From Chrysomallon squamiferum (taxonomy: Eukaryota; Animalia; Mollusca): a stretch of 64,000 bases of DNA. Made by a program: the position numbers and the translations under genes. A model generated the notes under the pieces. It searched no databases. It was not told the DNA's origin and worked only from the letters and a program-made list of their open reading frames with translations. Below, one piece after another: positions 51,090-64,000 of this stretch. Every line of letters begins with the position of its first letter. Position 1 is the stretch's first letter. The stretch covers positions 4,960,001-5,024,000 of the forward strand of contig CM022672.1 of assembly GCA_012295275.1 (NCBI GenBank), written 5' to 3'.

Positions 51090-51719
51090 CTTCACATGAA
51101 TCTGAGCGGTGAACGTTATAGTGTTTATTATTTTAACTCCGGTAACACTATGACTGTGTTACACTACTCCACACTTCAGCCTTGAAATTACCGATTTCCT
51201 GTCCATTCAAACATCTCTTGAGATTTGGCTTTTACATAATGTGACTCTAGAAGATACTGTGAAACTCATATGTATGTATTTATGTGTGTATGTGTGTATG
51301 TTTTTGTGTACAGTGTATTGTACGTGTGTGTTAGTGTGTGTGCGCGCAAATGTTTTAATATATCAAAAAAAAAAAAAAAAAAAAAATGAATGAAAGAATG
51401 ACAGTTTTGAATTTACGACGTTCCAGAAATGGAATTTATGTTTTAACCATGAAACGTGTTTGACCTTGACACTCATTCTAAAAATAGTACGTAATTATCA
51501 GCTGGAGATGACTGGAATGAAGCTATCGAATTTGAAATGAAAGAATTTAAGTGTCTTTGTTGCAGTGTCATTTTGTGTTAAGTTTATTTAGTTCTGCTGG
51601 GTTTTTTTTGTTTTTTTTTAAATGTTTTTTATTTTCTAAACTCACATTCGAGAAAAAAGAAACAGATCTTGTTACATGATGTTTTTATTTTAAACTATCA
51701 GTAGATTTTATTTATTTAC

Positions 51720-51773
<54 letters not shown>

Positions 51774-51904
51774 TTATATAGTATTTTATAACTGTCATTT
51801 TATTATATTGCGTATAGTATTTATTTTTTCTTTGTTATAGTACCATCGTCATAATTTCTCATCAGACATCATCATGATTATCATCATCATCGTCGTTGTC
51901 GTCG

Positions 51905-51999
<95 letters not shown>

Positions 52000-52904
52000 T
52001 GTTATTTTTATTTTTGTTGTCATTATTACCATTATTATTAACAAGTTTATATTTCATTTTTGTTTCCAGTCCAGCTATTAGATGATATGACGACAGACGA
52101 ATGGTTGACATGGGGATCAAACTTTCTTAGACTGATGAACTCTGGGTGGAATGGGAAATGGTCTAGCAAATAACACTGATCCTACAATCTATCATGCCTC
52201 AGTTTTGCGTTTAGCCACTACACACAGATCTTTCATGCTATAAGCAGCGATCTTCAAGAAACATAGATCCTTGGAAATCTATCCATCTAGTTAAATCTGA
52301 TGTTTCACCATTAAAAGTCGTGTATATCGCATAAAGACACACACGCCTACAATACTCCTACACTGGTTTGATTCTGAAATATTACTCTGAGGAAAAGAGA
52401 GAAGAAAAAAAAAATAGTTTTGTCACGTTACATCAATTTAACATAAAAAACCCCATAAATATAGCAAATGGAAAATGTAGCAGTCATATTTTCAAAATTA
52501 TTTATTTATTTATTTATTTTTATTATTATTATTATTACTATAATAATTTCTCTTGTTGTTGTTGTTGTTAGTAGAAGTAGTAATAATAGTAGTAACAGCT
52601 GATAGTAGTAGTAGTAGTACTAGTAGTAGCACAGCAGTAGTAGCAGTAGTGGTAGTAGTAGTTGTTGTAGTAGTAGTAGTAGTGGTAGTAATTAATAAAT
52701 ACATAAACTGACCATATTTTGAAATTCTGAAATGCGATGATGGGGAAAAGTTTATGAACAGAGCTTAAACGGTTACTATACTACACTTTTTAAAAATGTT
52801 AGACGTGATTTAATACCCCTAAGTATCAAGAAGATCAGCTGTCTAAAACAGGAAAATAAAGGAACGCTTGTTGACAGTATGATCCAATGTTTAATCAATG
52901 ATCT

Positions 52905-53239
52905 AACTTCAAATGTTCTTCAGTACGTCAAAACTTCAAATGTCCTTCAATATGTCAAAACTTCAAATATCCTTCAATACGTCACAACTTCAAATATCCT
53001 TCAATACGTCAAGACTTCAAATATCCTTCAATAGTCAAAACTTCAAATATCCTTCAATACGTCAAAACTTCAAATATCCTTCAATACGTCAAGACTTCAA
53101 ATATCCTTCAATAGTCAAAACTTCAAATATCCTTCAATACGTCAAACTTCAAATATCCTTCAATACGTCAAAACTTCAAATATCCTTCAATACGTCAAGA
53201 CTTCAAATATCCTTCAGTACGTCAAAACTTCAAATATCC
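52905..53239. repeat. 27-bp minisatellite, ~12 copies
   Basis: AACTTCAAATATCCTTCAATACGTCAA head-to-tail with no spacers; two copies carry the same 1-nt deletion (AATAGTC). Confidence 0.96.
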
Positions 53240-53397
53240 ATTGTGAATAGAAGAAACTACTTTATCTTGTTTATAAGATGCATCAAAATTATATCGTACG
53301 TAGCATAATAATATGTGGACATATATTCTTTATTATTACAATTTTCAAATTGAGAGTTAATTAAACATTATAATGTAATTCGTGCGTTAAAGTCTCT

Positions 53398-53462
<65 letters not shown>

Positions 53463-56400
53463 CCTGTTTGGGGATTTTTTTATGGTAATAAGAAAGACAT
53501 ATACTTTATGATCCATCTTATAATTACGGTATTGTTTTTTTACACTGATATTTTTTTATTTACGCTTTAAGCAAAACGATTCACAGTTTGAAAAAGTAAC
53601 TACAACAGTCACACGCACATCACTCTCTGTTAATGTCACAGTAAAACATGTTTCAATCCCAACAACTGCCCTTTAATAACGAGTTCTCCCCGTTTCTTTT
53701 TTATCCCGCCAAGCCTCGACTAGACTTTCCATATTATTTAGATACTATCTAGAATTGGATTGAATTGGTAATAACGTTGTGCTCATTCATTTTTCATTAT
53801 GGACAATCCATTTAATCAAACACCAATTTGTTGTATTTGATTTCTATGGCTCATAAAGACAGTGCGCTATCTAATGGAATATACATTTATGGCTCAGGAT
53901 CTGCTAAACTGGTTTTTCTCGTTATAGAACATTAAAACAAAGAGTTAAGTGAACATTTGTACGCATTGCTGCGTCTCAAATAGTTTCCTTACCCTCGCTT
54001 AGTGCAGAAAACCCTCAAACACTTTCCAGCATTAGTTAAAGTTGAACTGTATGAGGCTTTTAAGTAACACGTGACAGCTTTTGGTCGACAGTAACATCCA
54101 TGCACACAGTATTTTCTCTTTTTTTAATTTCCCCCCCCCAATTAAAATTTGAATCAAAGCGTTTCGGAGGGAATCGCGAGGTAGCTGAAGCGTATCCATG
54201 CTCACTAACATGCACCTAACTCTGTTTTAAGTAGCCTAATGGCCTCGGTTTCACGATTAGATCAACACGCTCGTGAACCTCGTTTCGGCGCACCGGTCTC
54301 GAGTGAGCTGCACTCACAAAGTTAATCGCGAGAATTCGGACATTATCCTGCTCTTAACCTCGTGCCCTTTTTTCAGTTGGTTTTATGGACTGCGTACAAG
54401 AACATGAAATCCCGTTCTTGGATTTGGAATAGGCTGACACCGTGTAGAAATAATGCCGGTTTTTCTGGGGGGTTTTGTGGGGGGATGGTATTAGTAGTAG
54501 GAGGAGGAGGGGATGGTCATCTTCCTTTTTTCATAAAGTTTTAATCAATATTTTACTAATTTATAACAGTCGACCTGCGAGTCCAGTGTGCAAGATGTCT
54601 GCTTCTCTGAAAATAATAAATAAATAAAAGATGGTCAAACTAATACATATGAATGCATATTATTAAAAACATTTGTAACATCTGCTTCAAAACGGAATTA
54701 ATCGGTAATGGCAGCTTTACTTTCAAATCGGATAAATGAAGATACAAAGCAGAACAAAAAAAAACAAAAAAAAAATTCCTAAACCGAACAGTCGTGTCCA
54801 ACAAGTTTTTCCTGACTGGTGCACTTTAAATTAACTTATCCCTTCCAGCTGCTGTTAATTTCACGAAAATCGGCGGATAGCCAGACTTGCAATTTTCATT
54901 CTTACTCGATCGTACTTGAAACACTTCTAAAGCACGTTCGCTCTTTATTTCTGTTCACACCACAAGTGAATCGTCAAGTGAATATTTTCACCAAGTGCAC
55001 AATTTTGCAGGAAATCACTGATATTATTTGATAGCCACGTTTCTCCTATTTACCAAACGAGAGTTGAAGCGGCAAATCACTGAGTTGCGCAATTCTTACG
55101 TCACACCAAGTTACTGTGAAGGTCGTTGTACTTTGGGAAGATGGGATGAAAAAAAAAAAAAAGAAGAAGAAGAAGAAGAAGATTTTCGACTATAAGAGTA
55201 CTCTCGTGTTGTTGATCACCGGCTACCAAATAATTGTCTTCACCAAAGTGAACATTAATTCATCAGACACTGAACTTAATTCGTCACTTCCTCTGACAAC
55301 GTGAAACGAAGCAACGGAAAAAATCGGGAGATCCTCAGATAAAGTGTCAAGCCCTGAATGAGACAGTTGTTTCGTTCTGTCGAGTCCGGAACGAGACTGA
55401 TGTTTCTTTCTTCAGCAGGTTGACGTTCTGTGCAAGCAGACGACAGTGAACTGGACATAATGCAAATAAATCAGATGAGAAACGGTTCTGGAAAGAAACC
55501 AACTGAAAAGCTTCGACGGACTGTCTCTGCGCTATATTTGTTCTCAGATATTTTGTAAACGGTCTAATTAAAAATGGCATTATCGTTTTAAGTGTTTGAA
55601 GTAATAAATAACCCCCATATTCAGTACTTTTATTTATTATTATTATTTTTTTTTTTTTCTCTCCAATTATTAATGTTGCAAACGTTTCGTGGTTTTTTTA
55701 TGCGTTAGGCTTTTCTAAGCGGATTGATCAATCTGGTGATGCATAATACACCTACAGATGAAAAACGTTAATGCAGCAAAAAAAAAATAAAAAATAATAA
55801 AAATAATTAAAAAAAAAAAAACATGAAGTCAGCCTGAAGACAGAAGAGTTTTTGTAACTACGAAAGCATCTCTGACTTCTCTGCCCGACTGAGAAATGAA
55901 TTCATCTGCATGTGGATATGTGAGCTGGTGAGATAAAGTTCAGTAAAGTTTCAACGAAAACAAAATTAATGTAATAAAAATAATATTGGTAATAATTATT
56001 TGTCATGCCAGAATAGCTTTTCAAAGGATGGCCGAGCAATGAATAAATGTAAATCTGTATTTTGAAAGCGTGTGTGTTCGGAAATGTCTGTATTCGTGAA
56101 ATTATATCTCGCACAGTACACGCCGCATTTTATTTTTATTACTTAAAACATAAAATAAAAAACAGAACAACCATCATTTTTATTTTTTTATTTTAACGAA
56201 TATTTGTATTACTTATTTATGTGATAGCTAATATTTATTGGTCGTGGACTATATTCTGTGGATTTTATATATTTAATAATAATAATGGAGATAGATTGAT
56301 AAAGAAAGATAATTTTTATTTTATTTTATTTTATTTTATTTTATTTTATTTATTTATTTATTTAAATTTCTTAATTAATATTTTTACTATTACTGTTTGT

Positions 56401-57929
56401 ACAGCTAGAATTAAACATGTAATACTGCATGACTTTAGTCGGCGGAAACCCAACAAGAACGAACTCCATATCTCGCATTTCATTTACCACTTTCACGATT
56501 ATGTGTTTTTATTTGTGGAACAATCAGTACAAATGGCGGAATCGCGTCTTTTTAACACGTAATAGTAATATTTCGCCCCGAGTATCACTTTAATGCCCAA
56601 ATAATTTTGGTCGAAAAAAGGATAATAAGAAGATAATGACGAATTTTTGTGTTCAGCCACCTTTGATCAATAACATTTTAACCTTTTTGCACTACGTTTT
56701 CTAACCTAGACTGCTACTAGAAAAAAAAGAAGAAGAGAGAAATCAATAGACCTAACTTTTGTTTTGACTTGATTATATTTCTCTTCTCTCAGCATGAATG
56801 TTGTTTATATTAATTTGTATCAAAGAATTTATATATCTATGTGTATCTGTATGTATGTATATTATGTATGCATATATATACGTACGTACGTCTGTATGCA
56901 TGTACGTACGTATTTTTTATATATGTATGTATGTATGATTATATGTATGTATGTATTTTTGTATGTATGTAGGTAGGTAGGTAGGTATGTATGTATATCT
57001 ATGTATGTATGTATACATGCATGTATTTCTGTATGTATATTTATACTTGTATTTGACACATAAACTTAAACCTCTTGCACATCGGCAATACAAATTCATT
57101 AAAATTAGAAAAAAAAAAAATCCACCAAAGATAGGCGCAACAACAATGGAAATAAATGTGATAAATCGATCTCTTTAATAATCGTTACATCAGTCGATAT
57201 AGCATTATTTAACATCATGTACGGTTTTAAGTGTCGATTAATCCCTTACAAGATATCGGATTTCTTGGACGTTCTCGTCCACGATGTATCAATTTAGCGA
57301 TGGAGCGACCGATGTAATTCAAATCAGCGAAGGCCTATAAGAAATGCTTCGATCAATATGATCTGTAGTTTTGGCGTCAAATCGGGGACGTTGTAAATAT
57401 TTGCACGTCAGTGACTTTTTCCTATCTGGGGCGTAATGCTGTGTATTAAATCACAGCAAATGACATCTGATCTAATAATCTGTAATGATTTCTGCTTCGC
57501 TGTTGTTTGAAGAACTCTGATGACATTTTTTTTTTTTTCACCGATATCCCTGGTTCTGTCTCCAACTTTCCGTCACGGACGTGACTGAAAATTGGATAAT
57601 TAATTTTTAAATGTTGTTTGTCCGTGACAATGGTTTAAGAAAGCAGAACTTGACTGAAAGAGTCTGCATCCTTCAAAGGCAGTAACATTTTGTTTATTTT
57701 TTTCTTAACAATATAGTTTTTTCAGTTCTAGTTCATGCTATCTTGTTTTAAGGAATATTCATTCTAATGTCGTTGGGGGCTGTTTTTTCATATTCATCGA
57801 TGTTAATTTCTTGTTTTGTTTAATATGAAGAATTACACTAAAAACTGTTTTTGCTGTGGCTGCTGTTGTTGTTGTTATTGTTTTTGTTAAACACTATTTT
57901 ATTACTACTATTATACTATCATTTTAGTC

Positions 57930-57953
57930 GGTATGTATGTATGTATGTATGTA

Positions 57954-57986
<33 letters not shown>

Positions 57987-58152
57987 TTATGTATATATGT
58001 ATGTATGTATGTATGTTTGTATGTGTGTTTGTATGTGTGTATGTCTTTGTATGTGTATATGTATGTTTTGTGTGTATGTATGTATGTATGTGTGTGTGTG
58101 TGTATGTGTGTATGTGTGTATGTATGTATGTATGTATGTATGTTTGTTTGTG
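57930..58152. repeat. (TATG)n/(TG)n compound microsatellite
   Basis: Directly visible; source of the MYVC/HTYI ORFs. Confidence 0.95.
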
Positions 58153-58590
58153 TACACGTATCAAGCGGAATCAATAGTTGTACAGTTCAGTGACCCTGCT
58201 TTGTCTCTCAGTGTGATGTAACGTGACGTGTCCTCTCATTAACTAAGTGAAATGCACAGTGGTGTGCTTATTGTTGTAGCATCTAACACAACAGTTCCAC
58301 AAGTGAAGTACTCTATGAACCCTCCATGTTACCAGGTACTTCTCCTCAAATTTTCAGTATCTTCCATTTTTCTTTACTATATGAGCATTTTTGAGGTAAA
58401 ATGTAAAAAACTTATGTGACTAAAGAATGTTTTGCATGGTAATGACTGTTTTAAGTTATTGGTAGGCAGTTAGAAAACAACGTCTATTGTGTCTGTTTGT
58501 CATCTAGAGTTACAGTCTCTGCAATTAAAAATAAATATTAAAAATAAATATTATTTTGGTGTTGTTCTTCTTTGTTTTGTTTTTTTAACC

Positions 58591-58656
<66 letters not shown>

Positions 58657-59353
58657 GAATTTCCTAAAAAAAAAAACACCTAAAAAAACCCAACTATTAT
58701 TATCAATTCCAATTAAAATACATCTTCGGTTTTTTTTTTCACATCCTTAAAGAAGTACCAATACTGTGAATAATTAATACAGTTCTTTCTTCTTTGTTTT
58801 ATTTTGCAGTCTTCTTCGTCTGTGCGTTAAAATATCTTGAAAGACACGAAATTACTTTCTACTACTGGAAAGATGTTAAAACAAGGGGAATGGAAAAACT
58901 TTACGTTGTTGTTGTTGTCGTCGTCGTCTGTTTCTTGTATGTGTTAAAACAACCTGATGAAATTAACTTACTTTACTGTCGTCTGCTCCGTCTAGGTGTT
59001 AGAATCTACGACATTCTGTTTAAATACGTCTCTCTGTCTACGTGCACTTATAAAACAAAAAAACTCCGTCTAGGCACGTGGTATTTCAGGGTCACCTGAC
59101 AATTCTGTCATATTACATCTGCTGCGAAAAAAAGAGAAAAAAAGCAGAAGTATATACTGACTTGAACAAGACGCTTTATTTAACATGAGCCAGACAACTT
59201 ATTAAAAAAATTACATTAGACTTATTTCACGTGGGCAGACAGGCTGAAGATCAGGTGTCCTTTTGTTATTATAAAATGATAATAAAGTAATTAACGAACA
59301 AATAGCTTATATTAATCTTCCTTTTTTCCAGTTTACTGAATTTGTTATACCTA

Positions 59354-59424
59354 GAAGAAGAAGAAGAAGAAGAAGAAGAAGAAGAAGAAGAAGAAGAAGA
59401 AGAAGAAGAAGAAGAAGAAGAAGA
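59354..59424. repeat. (GAA)n trinucleotide microsatellite
   Basis: Perfect run. Confidence 0.97.
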
Positions 59425-61157
59425 ATCTGACAAGTATAATGATACATTCAAAATAAAAAAGATTTGGAGAGATGATCTTTATGGACGAAACCACATATAA
59501 CCGTCTTTTGTATAGCATGAGTGTTTAGACAAGGTAATTAACATTATTATTTTTCATATTTAGCAGTTCCATAATGCTTTAAAATATCAGTGTTTTCACC
59601 GATTTAACTTGATTCTAGGGTTTTGTGAATCAGTTGAAATACAGACTCGTAAATTAATGTATTAAAACAACTATTTATCCGGATTTGAATGAATTTGTAC
59701 ACGTGTATGTTAGTACATCCATCAATCCATACGTATCAGAGATTCCATGTATCTATCCATATATACATACAAATAATCAATAAAAGCAAGAACAGCAATA
59801 CTTCTGCTACTACTACTCCTACTATTACTATTACTACTACTACTACTATTACTACTACTACTATTATTTCTACTACTACTTACTACTACTACTACTACTA
59901 CTAATAATAATAATAACAATAACAACAATAATAACACAAGAACAACAACAATAACAATAACACGTAATCATGATGATGATGTTAATAACAACAACAGCAA
60001 TAATAATAATAATATAATAACAACATAACACATGAACTGATAATGAAAAAGGCAATGGTGATGATTTTAATAATAATAATAATAATAATAAACAATAATA
60101 AAAAAAAAAAACCAAAAATACGCAACAGATGCAAAGTTTCGATACAAGTGTAATTCTACTAAGTCTGATTTCTGAATTCATGTCTTAGAAGAAACAGCTT
60201 CATACTTACAATATCAGTAGTTATATATATGTTGATGTGTAATCAATATTTGAAGAGAATAATATAGCAGAAGTTATTCAAACAAGTTGTTGATGGTAGT
60301 TATCGATTCATTTTGGTTTTAAGACATCGCCTACATTACATGTATGTTTAATTTTTATAAACAAGATTAATGGAGATTTGTGCTAAATTTACATTAAGAC
60401 ACACACACACACACGTATATATAATCACGATTTTATTTGAGATAGACACGACTACTGAATAAAGATATAATCAAATGAATACAGTAGAATGTACAAAAGT
60501 TGATTATAAGTTACAAATAATTTTTATTGTTGACAACTCCATTCATTCTGAGATTTTAAGTTTCTCACTTTTTACAAGAAGACTGAAAACAGTTCAAACT
60601 CTAAAACTCCTGTGAGAGGTGTAAATAATACAACGAACCATCAATTCATCAAACGCAAGCTTCGTGGATACATTTTCTGTCCGTGGATGAAGTTTCAGAA
60701 TATAGGAACTGAAGTTGTGCCATTTCTGATATGAAGAGACAAAGACTGGGAAAATTACATCTTTGATAGATCTACACTCTTTGACTTTCAGGAAGTTATA
60801 GGACTAATTAAAACATAATAATTGGAAGCTGGAGGAAATGGATTGATAACTTCTGAGGCAAGAAATCATCTGGAATTTGTGTACAGAGAGAAATCACTTT
60901 GTCGTTTGAGCGGAGTGATCACATACACTAGCTGCAAATAACCAATGAAAATGTGAAAGGTTGGAAATATGCGAATGTATTTCTGATCGAAATCGGAATA
61001 GGCAATAAAACATTTTTCTCAGTTAATAGTATGATTATGCCTAGAATAAACGAAATATCTCTGTTTCTTTGTTTGTGGATCTATCTGTCTATCCTTTTGT
61101 CCATTCACATGTTGGATTTCTCTTTCTCTCCCTCTCGACGTCTCTCTTTCTATCTGC

Positions 61158-61243
<86 letters not shown>

Positions 61244-62259
61244 TTCTCTCTCCTTTTATCTTTCTCTCTCTTATTGTCTACAATCTTCATTTTTATTTGC
61301 TGTCATTTTCAGTCTTTCAGATTTCTATCATTTCTCTGTCTCATATTTTCAAAAGTTATGCCAAAAATATTACTGAAGTGTTACTGTGCAGGTTTTCTGT
61401 TTTTCAAGATTTTTGTTTGATCTTATATTCTATTTCGCTCTTGAAATCGTGTTTCATTTGAAGGTAGTTTTTCTTCCTTTAAACTAAATCCTAAATGAAT
61501 TTTATAAAATTTTATTATTTTACTATTTTATCAAGTAGTGTCTGGAAAAACCACAGCACAGCATGATTTCACATTTATTTCATTTGTATTTTAGTTTGTG
61601 TTTTAATAACCTTTGAAAATTTCTTTTATGTTGAGCATAATTTGGTTAATTCCATGAACCGCATTTTCAAACTGATCGTGCATAACATAAATGTTCAGTC
61701 TTCTGCTTAACATTTAATCATCGTTATATCGATACCAACAAACCAAATTAAGTTGACCATGCCGTCAAGAGATTTTGAATATTTTACTTAATGCTCTTCT
61801 TTCTGAATATGAATAAAAAAGGGATTATATTTTTTTTTTTTTTTTTGTATTTATTTTTTTATATTTTTTTTTTAGTATTCGCTTCATTTTAAACAGAAAT
61901 TTCCATAACAAACATTATTTTTTCTCTGTAAATGTATTTTTCTTGTCTCTTTTCAGATGTTTTGATAGATAGTCTTCATATGGAATAACGTCCATCGAGA
62001 CGAAATGGGGCAGGTAATTCGTTTCAGGTCTTTTCCCAAGACATGTTTTACACGCTCGGACGGAAATCTCATTCATCGGCAGTTTCCGTAACAAGGCCCC
62101 GAGATGTATAATAATTTGTGAAAGCATTTTATCCCCAATGCACAGTGGCAGTGTTTACACGTTGTAAAATCTAATTACTTTTCAGATGTTTTTTTCTCTT
62201 TCATCTCTATTTCTCATTTTATTATTTACTTATTTACTTATTTATTTATTTATTTATTA

Positions 62260-62320
<61 letters not shown>

Positions 62321-62769
62321 TAGTTTTTTATATAAAAAAAAAATTAAATGTTTCTACAACAACTACTACTACTACTATTACTACTACTATATTTCTACTA
62401 CTACTAACATTACTATAACTACTGCTACTACTACCCTCACTACTGCTATTACTACTATTCCCACAACTATCTTGTATTACTACCATTGTTACTGTTATTC
62501 CTACTACTACTACTACTACTGCCACATCACTACTACTACCGCTTTTAAAATGACTAACAGTATCGCTACTACTACAAGAACAACTTCTGCTGCTACAACA
62601 ACAACATCTACTAGTAATAAAGCTACCATTACAACTAGTATTCAGTGATTACTTCACAAAACCAAACAACTATTTTACTTTTCTTTTTCTTTTTTTTCTT
62701 CTACTTTTTGTTTGAACGTTCATGACTCTTTCTTTTCTTTTCCTTTCCTTTCAAATATTTAAACATTTT

Positions 62770-62960
62770 GAAAGATTATAAATCTTCTCAGTGGCTTTTC
62801 CTTCTTCCATATCATCCTCGTCTGCTGTATCATACGTTTAACTTCTTCTCTGTAACTCTGCAGCTCTCGTATTTTTTTAATTTGCATTATCACAGCCCTT
62901 TGCTCTGTAGGCACTTCTTCCAAGTGACTCTGCCATTAAATGCATGCTGTTCCCAGAAAT
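62770..62960 (-). mobile_element. Possible decayed non-LTR (RTE-like) reverse transcriptase fragment
   Basis: The minus strand gives WQSHLEEVPTEQRAVIMQIKKIRELQSYR and, in another frame, EGKATEKIYNL. These resemble the LINE RT blocks W..G.VP.EW..AVI.PI.KK....NYR and GRSTTEQIFNL. Recognised by eye only. Confidence 0.35.
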
Positions 62961-63249
62961 CTATAAGATCATACAGCATGCTTTATTCATTTGAAATCGT
63001 CATAAACAACTCAGTTTCTCGGAGATAACTAATACTGTGAAAGGATTTCGGTTCGCAGACTAATTGTCTCTTAACTAAAATAAACTTGTACACATGAGAT
63101 ATCAATCAATTTGTTCCGCAGGTTACTGACTTTCCAGTCATTTGTAACTACTGACGGTTTGATGCTCTCGTTGGTTTACGTAAACAAATGTTAAATATTT
63201 ATAAGTACGTACATATATACGTATCTACATACATACATGCATACATAAC

Positions 63250-63440
63250 GGGAATCGACGTGATTGTACTTCGTCCTTGTGTGCCATTGCGTTTCTGAAT
63301 GTTGTCTAAATGCAGAGTATAATCAGACGTAGATAAAACAGAGAATATTCATTCCAAAATACATAGATACTTAAATCACATAGATAAACACACACACACA
63401 TACATACATACATACATACATACATACATACATACATACA

Positions 63441-63472
<32 letters not shown>

Positions 63473-63473
63473 C
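63250..63473 (+). mobile_element. SINE family B, 3' fragment with (CATA)n tail
   Basis: GTGATTGTACTTCGTCCT...CCATTGCGTTTCTGAATGTTGTCTAAATGCAGAGTATAATCAGACGT...GAATATTCATTCCAAAA, then (CATA)n; aligns with the 39290 and 46490 copies. Confidence 0.7.
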
Positions 63474-64000
63474 CGGCAGATAATATAAACATTAACATAC
63501 ATACATTTTCCAAGACCTTTTTAATTTATCAGTTCACTTCAGTATCTAATTTAAGTTTGTTCATGCTATTACTGATATATCTACTTCTACAACACTGCCG
63601 CTACTGTATCTAACTTAAGATTCTAATTTATCTAGTAAACGTTTCTTCTCTAACTTGTAGTTTAATTCCATCTTGACAACAATACTCAATACAGTGCCAT
63701 AAATATCACTACTGCTACTACTACTACATAATTATGTTTATATTATATGTACAACCACTACCGCATCATTTAATACAATATCAATAGAAACTACTACTAC
63801 TACGACTTCTACTAAAAAAAAAAAAAAACTACTACCAATATCAGCACTGGCACTATTAATGCTAATGCTATTGCTACTATAAATATTGCTACAACTACCA
63901 CTAGTACTATTACAATGACTATAAAAATAACCCTAAACTGTTGTGGTAATATACTCGATGTAAGGTCTTTGTTTCGCAATAAATACATTATTATTGGATA

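Noticed and set aside
52905-53308. 27-bp array as a CRISPR array, or as a 131-aa repeat protein
   Set aside because: Units are head-to-tail with no unique spacers, the context is eukaryotic with no cas genes, and indels shift the peptide frame.

Overview
Eukaryotic (animal) genomic DNA: very AT-rich, intron-rich and microsatellite-dense, with repeats that suggest a mollusc, probably a gastropod (inference). The first ~30 kb holds two DNA-repair genes arranged head-to-head around a <0.7 kb promoter: DNA polymerase lambda (POLL, minus strand, 9 coding exons, 1288-6777) and FANCI (plus strand, 32 coding exons, 7423-29801). I traced both exon by exon through GT-AG junctions with consistent phases. 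The FANCI intron after coding exon 5 contains a 2.85 kb DNA transposon with ~620 bp near-perfect terminal inverted repeats, GGG...CCC ends, a 4-bp TTTC target-site duplication and a decayed Sola2-like transposase N-terminus. Each gene has a single-base frame break in an A-run that disconnects a basic NLS-like peptide; these are most likely assembly homopolymer errors. Several splice sites are tandemly duplicated. The remaining ~33 kb has no confident gene: it contains two tRNA-derived SINE families, possible LINE relics, minisatellites, microsatellites and some CpG-richer islands. Most supplied ORFs are microsatellite artefacts. I found no firm evidence of a wholly new biological system; the findings are leads.
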